Shown: in pieces, positions 26,948-35,126 of the stretch
Position numbering within the stretch: the first letter of the stretch is position 1
How the letters are laid out: the number at the start of each line of letters is the position of its first letter
Assembly (NCBI GenBank): GCA_964430915.1
Contig: CAYSHT010000005.1
Coordinates: forward strand, 1-35,126
Direction of reading: 5' to 3'
Source of the DNA: an uncultured Syntrophaceae bacterium
GTDB taxonomy: Bacteria; Desulfobacterota; Syntrophia; Syntrophales; UBA2210
DNA: 35,126 nucleotides
Translations under genes and position numbers: made by a program
The notes under the pieces: model-generated
Told to the model about the DNA's origin: nothing
The model's database searches: none
The model's input: the letters and a program-made list of their open reading frames with translations, nothing else

Positions 26948-28192
26948 ATGAAAAGGGTGTCTGTGCCATCGCGGCTCTGGTATGAAAACATAGAAAGGGA
27001 ATTGAACTTCCCCGACAGGTGGGAGGTGGATAATCTTACCTCCCCCGGTTTTGAAAAGCCGGCGCTTGCCTCCGAGGAGATAAAAGAAAAGATTAGAAAT
27101 CCCATTGAGGGTCCGACGCTTGAGGAACTCGCGAAGGGTAAGAGTCAGGCCGTCATTGTATTTGACGACATGACAAGACCGACGCCTGTTAAGGATATTG
27201 CCCCACATGTGCTCGAGTCTCTCCACAAAGCCGGGATGAAGAAAGATCAGATACGGTTTATCTGGGCGCTGGGGAGTCACGGTCCCTATGACATGATAAA
27301 TGCCAGGAAGAAATTGGGCGACGAGATAGTCGAAAATTACGCCGTCTACAACCATGATGCCTTTCAGAATACGGTGTGGGCGGGAAGAACGCCGACAGGA
27401 GTGGAACTCTGGTTCAACCGGGAATTTATGAACTGCGACCTGAAAATAGGTATCGGGTGCATCACGGCCCATGTTCATGTGGGCTTTGGAGGTGGCGCAA
27501 AGCTGATTCTTCCCGGTGTGGCAGGGATCGAGACGGTAAACCAGTTTCATAATCAGATGTTCAGAGATCCCGTACGAACAGGACTGGGAAAGTTTGATGA
27601 TAATATTATGCGAGCCGAGTGCGATGCCGCCGGTGATATGGTCGGTCTTGATTTCAAGGTGGATTGTCTTTTGAACCGCCGTGGTGAGATAACCGGTCTC
27701 TATGCGGGATCATTCAGGGCCACTCATGCCGCCGGGGCCGAGGAAGGTAAGGATCACTATGGGATTCCCCATGCTTCAGGCTATGATGTAGCGGTATGCA
27801 ATTCCTACGGAAAGGCGAATGAATCGGCGATTGCACTCTTGCTTTCCCTCACTGTTTTAAAACCTGGCGCAGAGGGAACGGCCGTACTTATTTCCGATGC
27901 TCCCGAGGGGCAGGTGCCTCATTATGTCATGCGGGCCTGGGGGACCGGCTATGGCGGCCGCCACTATAGTCCGCGGGATCCGGGATTTGTCTCCCTGCTC
28001 ATGAAGAAACTGATTGTCTTAAATCCCCAGCCCGACCGGACAATGCTTGACCTTGTCTGTCACATTGATGATGCCACGGTTGTGAAGACCTGGAATGAGG
28101 TGCTGAACGTACTGGAAAAGGATTATACCGGGGCGGCAAAGGTTGCCGTGATTCAGGACGGGACCATGCAGTATATAAAAACGCCGGAATGA
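26948..28192 (+). CDS. larA: LarA-family nickel-pincer-nucleotide-dependent 2-hydroxyacid racemase/epimerase homologue
   Basis: 414 aa. FDDMTRPTP (compare LarA DxTRP), ALGSHGP (His108-like), AHVHVGFGGGAKLILPG (His174/Lys184-like) and NQFHN (His200-like). Confidence 0.72.
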   Translation: MKRVSVPSRLWYENIERELNFPDRWEVDNLTSPGFEKPALASEEIKEKIRNPIEGPTLEELAKGKSQAVIVFDDMTRPTPVKDIAPHVLESLHKAGMKKDQIRFIWALGSHGPYDMINARKKLGDEIVENYAVYNHDAFQNTVWAGRTPTGVELWFNREFMNCDLKIGIGCITAHVHVGFGGGAKLILPGVAGIETVNQFHNQMFRDPVRTGLGKFDDNIMRAECDAAGDMVGLDFKVDCLLNRRGEITGLYAGSFRATHAAGAEEGKDHYGIPHASGYDVAVCNSYGKANESAIALLLSLTVLKPGAEGTAVLISDAPEGQVPHYVMRAWGTGYGGRHYSPRDPGFVSLLMKKLIVLNPQPDRTMLDLVCHIDDATVVKTWNEVLNVLEKDYTGAAKVAVIQDGTMQYIKTPE

Positions 28193-28373
28193 GAAGGTGC
28201 CGAAAATCGAAACAACATAAACTCCAGCGGGAATCCGGCATTTTCAGGACTGTCAAATCTGTAGCCCGCCGATTTATCGGCATAATAGCCTGATGAATCA
28301 GGCAACTACATTTTACAAATCTATCATATTTTGCCACAATGTCATTCCCAACATGATCGGGAATCCGGTGTAT

Positions 28374-28994
28374 TTACTGCTTTAGTAGTTCTCTCCCCAG
28401 GTCAAAGGCCTTCAGGTTTATGTCGATCTTATTCTGAGGTATGCTCTTAGCGATTACCTCCCTGAAGTCCTCCTTATCGAGAGGCAGGTCGTCAAGACCA
28501 GAGAGGGCGCCGAGCATAATGATATTTCCCAGGATTGGATTCCCGAGCTTCAGCGCTTCGTCTGTTGCATCGATAAACCAGGCCTCAGATGAAATTCCCC
28601 GGGCGGTCTTTTTTGTTTCCTCGAGGGCGGGGTAGGCGAGATCTCCCGCAAGGACGCCTGCGGGATGGATCGGCCTTGTATTGCTCACGACCTTTACATC
28701 GGGATTACCGTAATCCGCCAGTACCCTTATTGCCTCGGTAGGTTCAAGGGCGACAATCATATGCGCCTTGCCCTTGGGGATTTGCGGACTCCATGTATCT
28801 TTCTTTGATATCCTGAGATGGCTCATAACCGAGCCTCCGCGTTGTGAGGCACCGAAGGTTTCACCGATTGTGACATAATATCCTTTTTTAACAAGCATAT
28901 TTGCCAGTACCCGCGATGCCATGACATTTCCCTGACCGCCGACACCGGTGATGATAATATTATAAGGATCGTTTGGTAATTGTGTGCCTGCCAT
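28374..28994 (-). CDS. iorB: Indolepyruvate/arylpyruvate:ferredoxin oxidoreductase, beta subunit
   Basis: 206 aa with ITGVGGQGNVMASR (gamma-domain of 2-oxoacid:ferredoxin oxidoreductases). Starts 3 nt after the iorA stop, with AAGGAGG RBS. Confidence 0.8.
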   Translation of the reverse strand: MAGTQLPNDPYNIIITGVGGQGNVMASRVLANMLVKKGYYVTIGETFGASQRGGSVMSHLRISKKDTWSPQIPKGKAHMIVALEPTEAIRVLADYGNPDVKVVSNTRPIHPAGVLAGDLAYPALEETKKTARGISSEAWFIDATDEALKLGNPILGNIIMLGALSGLDDLPLDKEDFREVIAKSIPQNKIDINLKAFDLGRELLKQ

Positions 28995-28997
28995 GGT

Positions 28998-30935
28998 TTA
29001 CACTGCCTCCTTTCTGGTAATGGCTCCTGCAGGGCATATATCTGCGCAGACCCCGCATCCGGTGCATATCACTTCGTCCAGCCTTGTTACCTGCTTTTCC
29101 TTGTCCCAGACAAGACCGGGACAGCGGAATATGCGTGTGCATACCCTGTTGCATCCGCAATTTTCTCCGAGACAGATTTCCTCGTTGATGGCCATTTCAT
29201 ATTTCTTTCCTGCCTTTTTTTCCGGGCTGAGGCCGCAGATCTGTCTCAGAATAAGGACCTTGAGACCTTCCTTGTCCTCCATGAGTTCGTTCAATGTTTC
29301 CCGCGTTTCTTCCAGTTCAAAGGGGTCTCGTATCTCAACCCGTGCCCCCATTGCCCGGCATAGCTCTGCAATGTCGAGATCGGGAACGTTGTCTCCCATG
29401 GCGTTTACTTTCAGACCGGGATGAGGTTGGAATCCCGTCATGGCAGTACCGCTGTTATCGAGTACGACAAGCGTAAAATCCGATTTATGATGTCTGGCGT
29501 TAATGAGCGCCGGTATTGCCGAGTGAAAAAAGGTGGAGTCTCCGCAGACGGCCAGGACCGGCTGATCAAGCCCGAACTGGCCAAGTTTCCCAAATCCGCT
29601 GGCGAGGCCGCTTCCTGAGCCCATGGCGTGGACGGTTTTCAGGGTAGTAAAACCGGTGGGGAGGAGTGCCATCGTATAACAGCCGATGTCACCGCAGACA
29701 AAACCCTTTCGTCCATCCAACTCGAGGGCGTTATGAATGCTCCAGAATGACGCCCTGTGAGGACATCCGGGACAGAAGATAAGCTCCCTTTGGGGTGCGC
29801 CGAAAAATGCCAGGCCCTGTGTCTTGGCTGAATACTCCTCGGGCCTCGGCAGATAGTCAATCTCCAGTATTTTTGCAATTGCGTTAATCACGTGATCGGG
29901 ATTCAACTCGCCAACCATGGGAATGGTATCGTCATTCTTGCCGTAAAATTTCTTGATGCCGATTTCAGACGCGGTTTCAGCGGCGATTACTTTCACATTC
30001 TCTTCGAGAAAGGGCAGTACCTCCTCGACAATCAATATCTTTTCCGTGAGCGAGAGATACCGCGTGAGGAGCTTGGGTGGAAGCGGCCATGTTGTCCCCA
30101 TTTTGAGAAGGCCGACTCTGTCTTTCAGCCCGAGAATACTGATAGCTTCCCTGCTGTAGAGAGTGCATGCGCTGCTCGTGATTATGAGGAGTTCCGGTTT
30201 ATCAGGGCCTTCGTATGTATTGAAGGGGGAATCCTCGAAGATTTCCTTTGCCCTTTTGAGCTTTTCATGCTGCTGGGAGTGCTTATAGTCGACGGGCGCG
30301 CTGATGACCACACCCTCGTCAGGATCAAGGATAAATCCGTCACATCTGAACCGTGCCGTCGATTCTTCGGTGGGGAGTGTGCCGAATTTAACGTTACCAC
30401 TCGCGTGAGAAAGACGGGTAACACTCCTTAGCATTACCAGCTGTTTCAGTTCCTCCGAGAGTTCGAAGGCCCACTTGGTCATGTCCTTTGCTTCCTGAAA
30501 ATCGCCGGGTTCCAGAAGAGGAATCTCGACCGTTCTTGCAAAGAAACGGGATTCTCCCTCGTTTATGCTCGAAAGTGCTCCCGGGTCGTCACAGGGGACC
30601 AGTACCATCCCCCCCCGTGTGCCTGAACCTGCCAGGTGAAGCAGAAAGTCAGAGGCCACATTGACACCGTTTTGCTTCATTACGCAAAGTGATCTGAGCT
30701 CCGCGAAGGATGCAGCCGCAGCTACCTCCATGGCCACCTTTTCATTGACTGACCATTCCACATACATATTGGTCTCCTTTGCGACGCCGGCGAGACTCTC
30801 TATTATTTCTGAAGAAGGGGTGCCCGGATATCCGGCGGCCACTTTTGCGCCTGCCTCCAATGCCCCGCGCGCAATCGCCTCATTTCCCATAAGCAGGTGC
30901 TCTGCACCTTCCTTTTTGTCTAATAGTGCGGACAT
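28998..30935 (-). CDS. iorA: Indolepyruvate/arylpyruvate:ferredoxin oxidoreductase, alpha subunit
   Basis: 645 aa. N-terminal pyrimidine-binding domain, TPP motif GDSTFFHS...LDN, and C-terminal Cys clusters CNRVCTRIFRCP and CTGCGVCADICP. Confidence 0.85.
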   Translation of the reverse strand: MSALLDKKEGAEHLLMGNEAIARGALEAGAKVAAGYPGTPSSEIIESLAGVAKETNMYVEWSVNEKVAMEVAAAASFAELRSLCVMKQNGVNVASDFLLHLAGSGTRGGMVLVPCDDPGALSSINEGESRFFARTVEIPLLEPGDFQEAKDMTKWAFELSEELKQLVMLRSVTRLSHASGNVKFGTLPTEESTARFRCDGFILDPDEGVVISAPVDYKHSQQHEKLKRAKEIFEDSPFNTYEGPDKPELLIITSSACTLYSREAISILGLKDRVGLLKMGTTWPLPPKLLTRYLSLTEKILIVEEVLPFLEENVKVIAAETASEIGIKKFYGKNDDTIPMVGELNPDHVINAIAKILEIDYLPRPEEYSAKTQGLAFFGAPQRELIFCPGCPHRASFWSIHNALELDGRKGFVCGDIGCYTMALLPTGFTTLKTVHAMGSGSGLASGFGKLGQFGLDQPVLAVCGDSTFFHSAIPALINARHHKSDFTLVVLDNSGTAMTGFQPHPGLKVNAMGDNVPDLDIAELCRAMGARVEIRDPFELEETRETLNELMEDKEGLKVLILRQICGLSPEKKAGKKYEMAINEEICLGENCGCNRVCTRIFRCPGLVWDKEKQVTRLDEVICTGCGVCADICPAGAITRKEAV

Positions 30936-30950
30936 ATCTTTCTCCCTCTC

Positions 30951-32063
30951 TTATCCTGTAATTTCGTCTACCGTCTTTGATTGCAGTCTCAAATAGGATT
31001 TCTTATCCCCTTCCGTGTTTATCATACCTTCCTCTTTTGCCTTCACAAAGGCCCGTTTCTTCTTGTTTCCCGCGGCCCACATGAGGTGTTCGAGATTTTC
31101 TTCCGGAATATCGTGGAGGATTAGATATCCCTCTTTAACAGATTCGTTCACGATCTTTTGGCCCCGTTCGGTCCTGATGATCAGAGTATTCAAATCGGGG
31201 CGGCCCTCAAGCACGCCGACAGAAATATCGGAGAATTCCGAGGTCATATCGATGCAGTAACTGCATGTTTCGGGAACCAGCTCACGTATTTCATTGAGGG
31301 GTATCTCGATCTTTTCCTCCCCCATATACACCTCCATTATCTCGGAGGGGGGAGGCGGAATATCGACCTTCGTAATTGTAGTAATATCGACCCGTTCGGA
31401 AATGAAGGGTGCGAAGGCTCTGAAATCAATGGCCCATGTACAGAAGAGTCCCACCACGAGGGCGACTGAATCAGTGAAGTCCTCTTTTTCGAGAGGGTTC
31501 ATTCTCATCTGTGCCACCGACAATACCTGACAGGGTGTTGCCACAACGCCAATCTTTTTATACTCGTCGGTCATCGCCTGATTAAGTGCCGAGAGCGTCG
31601 GTGAAGCCGAATACTTTGAGGAAGAACACTGTAAGACTTCATCAGCATCGGTAATAACTCGTGGAACGGGGAGTATCCCTTCCTTGTCGGTGAGCACCGC
31701 CGCATCTATATGGCCTTTAGCCAGGGCAAAACTCATAAGGGCCGATACTGTTCCTCCTGCCTGAAACGACGCCTTTTCCACCTTCGGGCCTGCCTTTGCT
31801 GTATGTATTGAGAGATAATTTCCAAGGGGTCCTCCTTCGTAGTATCTCCCGAAATATTGCTGGGACAGTTCGTCAAGATTCACCTCGATCTTCGGACAGT
31901 AAGCGAAACACCTCCCTTCTTCAAGGGTACAGGGAAACAACATGGCCGTTTTCCCCTTATAGGACCTGAAATAGGGGCAAAGGTGAATGCATGCTCCGCA
32001 TCCGATACAGAGATTTTTGTTGATAACTTCTTCCAAGAGTTCATTGGGTCCGAAAATTTTCAT
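30951..32063 (-). CDS. FrhB/FdhB-family flavo-iron-sulfur protein (coenzyme F420 hydrogenase/dehydrogenase beta-subunit-like) with an N-terminal ferredoxin domain
   Basis: CIGCGACIHLCP plus C..C...CFAYCP, then QAGGTVSALMSFAL, GVVATPCQV and VGLFCTW, which are typical of FrhB_FdhB N and C domains. AGGAGG RBS. Ends 15 nt before iorA. Confidence 0.7.
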   Translation of the reverse strand: MKIFGPNELLEEVINKNLCIGCGACIHLCPYFRSYKGKTAMLFPCTLEEGRCFAYCPKIEVNLDELSQQYFGRYYEGGPLGNYLSIHTAKAGPKVEKASFQAGGTVSALMSFALAKGHIDAAVLTDKEGILPVPRVITDADEVLQCSSSKYSASPTLSALNQAMTDEYKKIGVVATPCQVLSVAQMRMNPLEKEDFTDSVALVVGLFCTWAIDFRAFAPFISERVDITTITKVDIPPPPSEIMEVYMGEEKIEIPLNEIRELVPETCSYCIDMTSEFSDISVGVLEGRPDLNTLIIRTERGQKIVNESVKEGYLILHDIPEENLEHLMWAAGNKKKRAFVKAKEEGMINTEGDKKSYLRLQSKTVDEITG

Positions 32064-32273
32064 TTATGATCCTCCTAATCCATTGTGCATCAGACACCAG
32101 ATTATTGTACATCTTTTTCATTCTGCCGTACCTGCAATGATACCATCGGTGAAGGAACCACATGACCCCGTGATAACGGCAACTCTTACTAACACAACTC
32201 CCGTATTCCCTGCAATACTCTTATACGAAAAGGGGAAACAATCCTTGGGAGAGGAAGAGATTTGTGTGGTTTG

Positions 32274-33311
32274 TTAAAAGTTGTGTATCGCAGTTGATTT
32301 AAAGGAAAGGCATATCTCTGACCCTTCGTTGATTTCCATCTCGAAGAGTGAGCTTTTCGTAATAAGCGATTTGAAGAGGACCTTCTCGACGATAATATCA
32401 ACCTCATAATAGAGCCCATGATCCACTATGGCGGTAACCCTTCCACTGAAGGAATTTCTCATGCTTGAGGTCAGTTTTTCCCTGCTGAGGACGATGTCTT
32501 CCGGTCGTATCGCAAGGTATCCGTGGCCGTTTTCGGGTGTTCTGCCGAGCTCGATTGCAAGACCGTTTACATTTGCCTTTGTTCCCTGAAAATGGGCCAT
32601 AAAAAGATTTTTCATGCCGACAAAATCGGCAACAAAAGTCGAATCAGGGTGCTGAAATATATCCTTCATGTATCCGACCTGTTCGATTTTTCCTCCGTTC
32701 ATAATAGCGGCCCTGTCTGCGAGGGAAAGGGCTTCGGCAAAATCGTGGGTTACCATGAGGAAGGTAACATCCGTACTCTTGTGAAGTCTTTTTAACCCGA
32801 TTCTTATGTCTTCCCTGAATCCCGGGTCCAAGGCGGAGAGGGGTTCGTCAAGGAGCAGCACCTTCGGGTTAACCATGAGTGCTCGTGCCAGGGCTATACG
32901 CTGATTTTCGCCGCCGCTCAGGTTAGTAGGAAGCCGTTTCAACAGATGCGAAATATTCAGCTCTTCCACGAGTCGATCCCGTCGTTTTTTTGACTCATTC
33001 TTTGGTAACTTGTGAAAATGAAGACCATAGGTGATATTTTCGAGTACCGTCAGATGGGGAAAGAGGGCATAATCCTGATAGACAATACTGATCCCTCGTT
33101 TCTCCGGCGGTAATTTCGTGACGTTTCTTCCAGCTATTGTCATACGTCCGCTATGAACCCCAATGAGTCCGGCCATTGCTTCAAGGAGAACAGTTTTACC
33201 CGCGCCCGTTGGCCCCATCAGTATGAAAAACTCGTTCTTTTCAATTCTGAGGTTGATATCGCGGAGTTTAAACTCGCCCAGATTAATATTGACGTCTTCA
33301 ATATGGATCAT
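32274..33311 (-). CDS. wtpC: Tungstate/molybdate ABC transporter ATP-binding protein with a C-terminal TOBE/Mop-like domain
   Basis: Walker A GPTGAGKT, signature LSGGENQRIALARAL, Walker B LLLDEPLSALD. The C-terminal approximately 60 aa form a beta-rich TOBE-like tail. ATGA overlap with the permease gene. Confidence 0.7.
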   Translation of the reverse strand: MIHIEDVNINLGEFKLRDINLRIEKNEFFILMGPTGAGKTVLLEAMAGLIGVHSGRMTIAGRNVTKLPPEKRGISIVYQDYALFPHLTVLENITYGLHFHKLPKNESKKRRDRLVEELNISHLLKRLPTNLSGGENQRIALARALMVNPKVLLLDEPLSALDPGFREDIRIGLKRLHKSTDVTFLMVTHDFAEALSLADRAAIMNGGKIEQVGYMKDIFQHPDSTFVADFVGMKNLFMAHFQGTKANVNGLAIELGRTPENGHGYLAIRPEDIVLSREKLTSSMRNSFSGRVTAIVDHGLYYEVDIIVEKVLFKSLITKSSLFEMEINEGSEICLSFKSTAIHNF

Positions 33312-34102
33312 TCGTCTTTTTTATTCCTTAAAGTGAGAATTCTTAAAATCAGGAACAGGGTAAGGCAGACGGAAACCAGCCAGACTGCAACGGGCTGTGA
33401 ATACTTCAGGCCGTAACTCTCAAAACGTTCGTAAAGCAAAACCGGTGCGATCATCGGGTGATAGGCGACGACAACAACCGCTCCAAATTCACTTATGGCG
33501 CGTGCACTGCACATAATGATACCGATCAGCATGCTACGCCATGCAAGGGGGAAGGTAATTCTGGAAAAGGTGCTGAACATGGATGCACCCAGGCTGCGCG
33601 ATACATTTTCGAGCCTGGGGGAAATGTTTTCAAACCCATTCTTAACGGCATTCACATAAAAGGGAAGACCAACGAAAGTCAGCACAACAACGATTCCCGT
33701 TACGCTCCCCATTATCCTGATTCCGAGCTCGCCGAAAAATTGTCCGAGCCAGTGATTTTTTCCCGCAACGCTAAGGATCGCAATACCCACAACGGGGTGG
33801 GGAATGACAATGGGCAAATCGATGATACTTTCTATGAGGTGTTTCCCCCTGAAATTGCTACGTGCCAGTATATAGGCGAGGGGAGTTCCGAAGACGAATG
33901 CGATAAGGGCGGCCAGTCCAGCCGTATAGATACTCAGCCAGATCGACCGCACAACATCTTTGTCCTGTATGGTTTCTTTGAGCATCGAAAAAGAAGGAGC
34001 CGTCAGCATCTGTATCAGGGGAAGCAGTATGAATGCCAGGATGATAAGCCCGCATGAAACGGTGATCCAGAAAAAGGGTTCTTTCTTTGTCATGTTTTCC
34101 AA
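33308..34102 (-). CDS. wtpB: Tungstate/molybdate ABC transporter permease
   Basis: 264 aa with about 6 TM. EAA-like loop SRSLGASMFSTFSRITFPLAWRSML. Lies between the binding-protein and ATPase genes. Confidence 0.7.
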   Translation of the reverse strand: MENMTKKEPFFWITVSCGLIILAFILLPLIQMLTAPSFSMLKETIQDKDVVRSIWLSIYTAGLAALIAFVFGTPLAYILARSNFRGKHLIESIIDLPIVIPHPVVGIAILSVAGKNHWLGQFFGELGIRIMGSVTGIVVVLTFVGLPFYVNAVKNGFENISPRLENVSRSLGASMFSTFSRITFPLAWRSMLIGIIMCSARAISEFGAVVVVAYHPMIAPVLLYERFESYGLKYSQPVAVWLVSVCLTLFLILRILTLRNKKDE

Positions 34103-34116
34103 TCTTTATAAATCTA

Positions 34117-35103
34117 TCAATCTTTTACAATAATCAGTTTCTGAAGCTCGGCCGGAAGTTTATCCTTCATCTCCGACGTTGGTACTCTCGCCGGGACGAA
34201 GGGAGGCTGACCCATCTCCTTGAGTATCTTCAAGCCGCCTTCGGGGTCAAGCATATACTGGAGGAAGGCGATAGCGGCCTCTTTATTCGGTGCATCGTTT
34301 GTGATGGTAACACCATATGTGCAGGATTTTCCCTTGAGTGTCGTAAAGGTTCCCGGTTTTTTGCCCGAAACCTTCACAACCGCACTTTCGTAAACGGAGT
34401 CGTATTTATAGTTGCCCAGATTCATCTCGTCCGGAAGTACGATATAGTTGAGTTTGTGCTGGACCGCAACGGAGAGGTATTCCCAGGCATAGTCCATGTT
34501 TCCGGTCTGAAGGAGCGAGATAAGTTCGACCGACTTGGGGCGGACATTTTCTTTCGGTCTGTTGGCAAGAAGTCTTTCATAAAGGCCCGGTTTGTCCAAA
34601 GCCTTTTCCGCAAGCTGCATGACCATTAGCGACCGGTAACCGCAGGGATCGATATTTGGTTCTGCATGTCCCCACACAACACCCTTTCTCTGGAGAATCT
34701 CATACCAGTTATCGGCATTGATCTCGTCTGCGTATTTGCTCGTGTCAGTATAACAGAGGACAAGCTGGTTCGTTGCAAAACGTATATTACAGTCGGAATA
34801 TTTGGGAATAAGGAGGTTGTCGATAACCTTGTAGTCGGCGGAGGCCATAATGTCGCACGGCTTATTCAGATCAGAAATCTTTCTTGCGCATTTTCTGCTG
34901 CCGCTTGCCTCGCGCAAAAGGTCAACCTTAGGATACTTCGCCTCAAAAGCCTTTTCCATAGCTGCAAAGGGTACGGAGAGGCTCCCGGCATGGAACATGA
35001 TCAGCTTACCTGCGGGTTCAGCCGACGCATGAGATACCGGAAGAATAATTATTGCGCAAAGAAAAAAGAAAGCCATCAATTTGATAACACTATTTTTTTT
35101 CAT
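34117..35103 (-). CDS. wtpA: Periplasmic tungstate/molybdate-binding protein, WtpA-like
   Basis: Signal peptide ([19 protein letters not shown]). [29 protein letters not shown] and [15 protein letters not shown] resemble archaeal WtpA as I recall it. AAGGAG RBS at the window edge. Confidence 0.65.
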   Translation of the reverse strand: MKKNSVIKLMAFFFLCAIIILPVSHASAEPAGKLIMFHAGSLSVPFAAMEKAFEAKYPKVDLLREASGSRKCARKISDLNKPCDIMASADYKVIDNLLIPKYSDCNIRFATNQLVLCYTDTSKYADEINADNWYEILQRKGVVWGHAEPNIDPCGYRSLMVMQLAEKALDKPGLYERLLANRPKENVRPKSVELISLLQTGNMDYAWEYLSVAVQHKLNYIVLPDEMNLGNYKYDSVYESAVVKVSGKKPGTFTTLKGKSCTYGVTITNDAPNKEAAIAFLQYMLDPEGGLKILKEMGQPPFVPARVPTSEMKDKLPAELQKLIIVKD

Positions 35104-35126
35104 CTGGATTCACACTCCTTTCAAGT

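Noticed and set aside
26876-27550. 224-aa minus-strand ORF overlapping the larA-like gene
   Set aside because: It is antisense to a CDS with clear LarA motifs. The product is rich in Arg, Pro and His, as expected from reverse-frame translation, and has no RBS.
28980-29424. Plus-strand ORFs of 127 and 146 aa over the iorA 3' end
   Set aside because: They are antisense to iorA, whose TPP and Fe-S motifs are unambiguous. There is no independent support.
33458-34629. Plus-strand ORFs of 199 and 180 aa across wtpB and wtpA
   Set aside because: They are antisense to well-supported ABC permease and binding-protein genes. They are shadow ORFs.

Overview
This 35.1-kb bacterial window has anaerobe-type gene content. 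No taxon can be proven from the sequence alone. Four blocks are visible. (1) 1-14.3 kb holds a complete, tightly packed distal dcw cluster (murE-murF-mraY-murD-ftsW-murG-murC-murB-ftsQ-ftsA-ftsZ, all on +). A small membrane ORF and a structured intergenic repeat precede it. (2) 14.3-22.4 kb is the least explainable part. Two more repeat copies sit after ftsZ. They are followed by a translationally coupled four-gene unit: two acyl-CoA-dehydrogenase-fold proteins that, by eye, lack both known catalytic-glutamate positions, plus two paralogous proteins I cannot place in any family. After it come a 4xPAS/LuxR-HTH one-component regulator carrying a perfect 360-bp in-frame tandem duplication, an ordinary LCAD/IVD-type acyl-CoA dehydrogenase, and a fourth, internally deleted repeat copy. 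(3) 22.5-28.2 kb encodes lutABC, a split UxaA/SuyAB-like lyase or dehydratase, and a LarA-family nickel-pincer racemase homologue. (4) 28.4-35.1 kb, all on the minus strand, encodes a WtpABC-like tungstate/molybdate ABC importer followed by an frhB-like flavo-FeS gene coupled to iorAB. The best novelty candidates are the ACAD-like pair with its paralogous partner proteins (14835-18444), the structured repeat family whose stem covaries in an RNA-sense-specific way, and the SuyAB-like/LarA-like and FrhB-like/IorAB gene pairings. All functional calls rest on motif recognition by eye. No searches were run.
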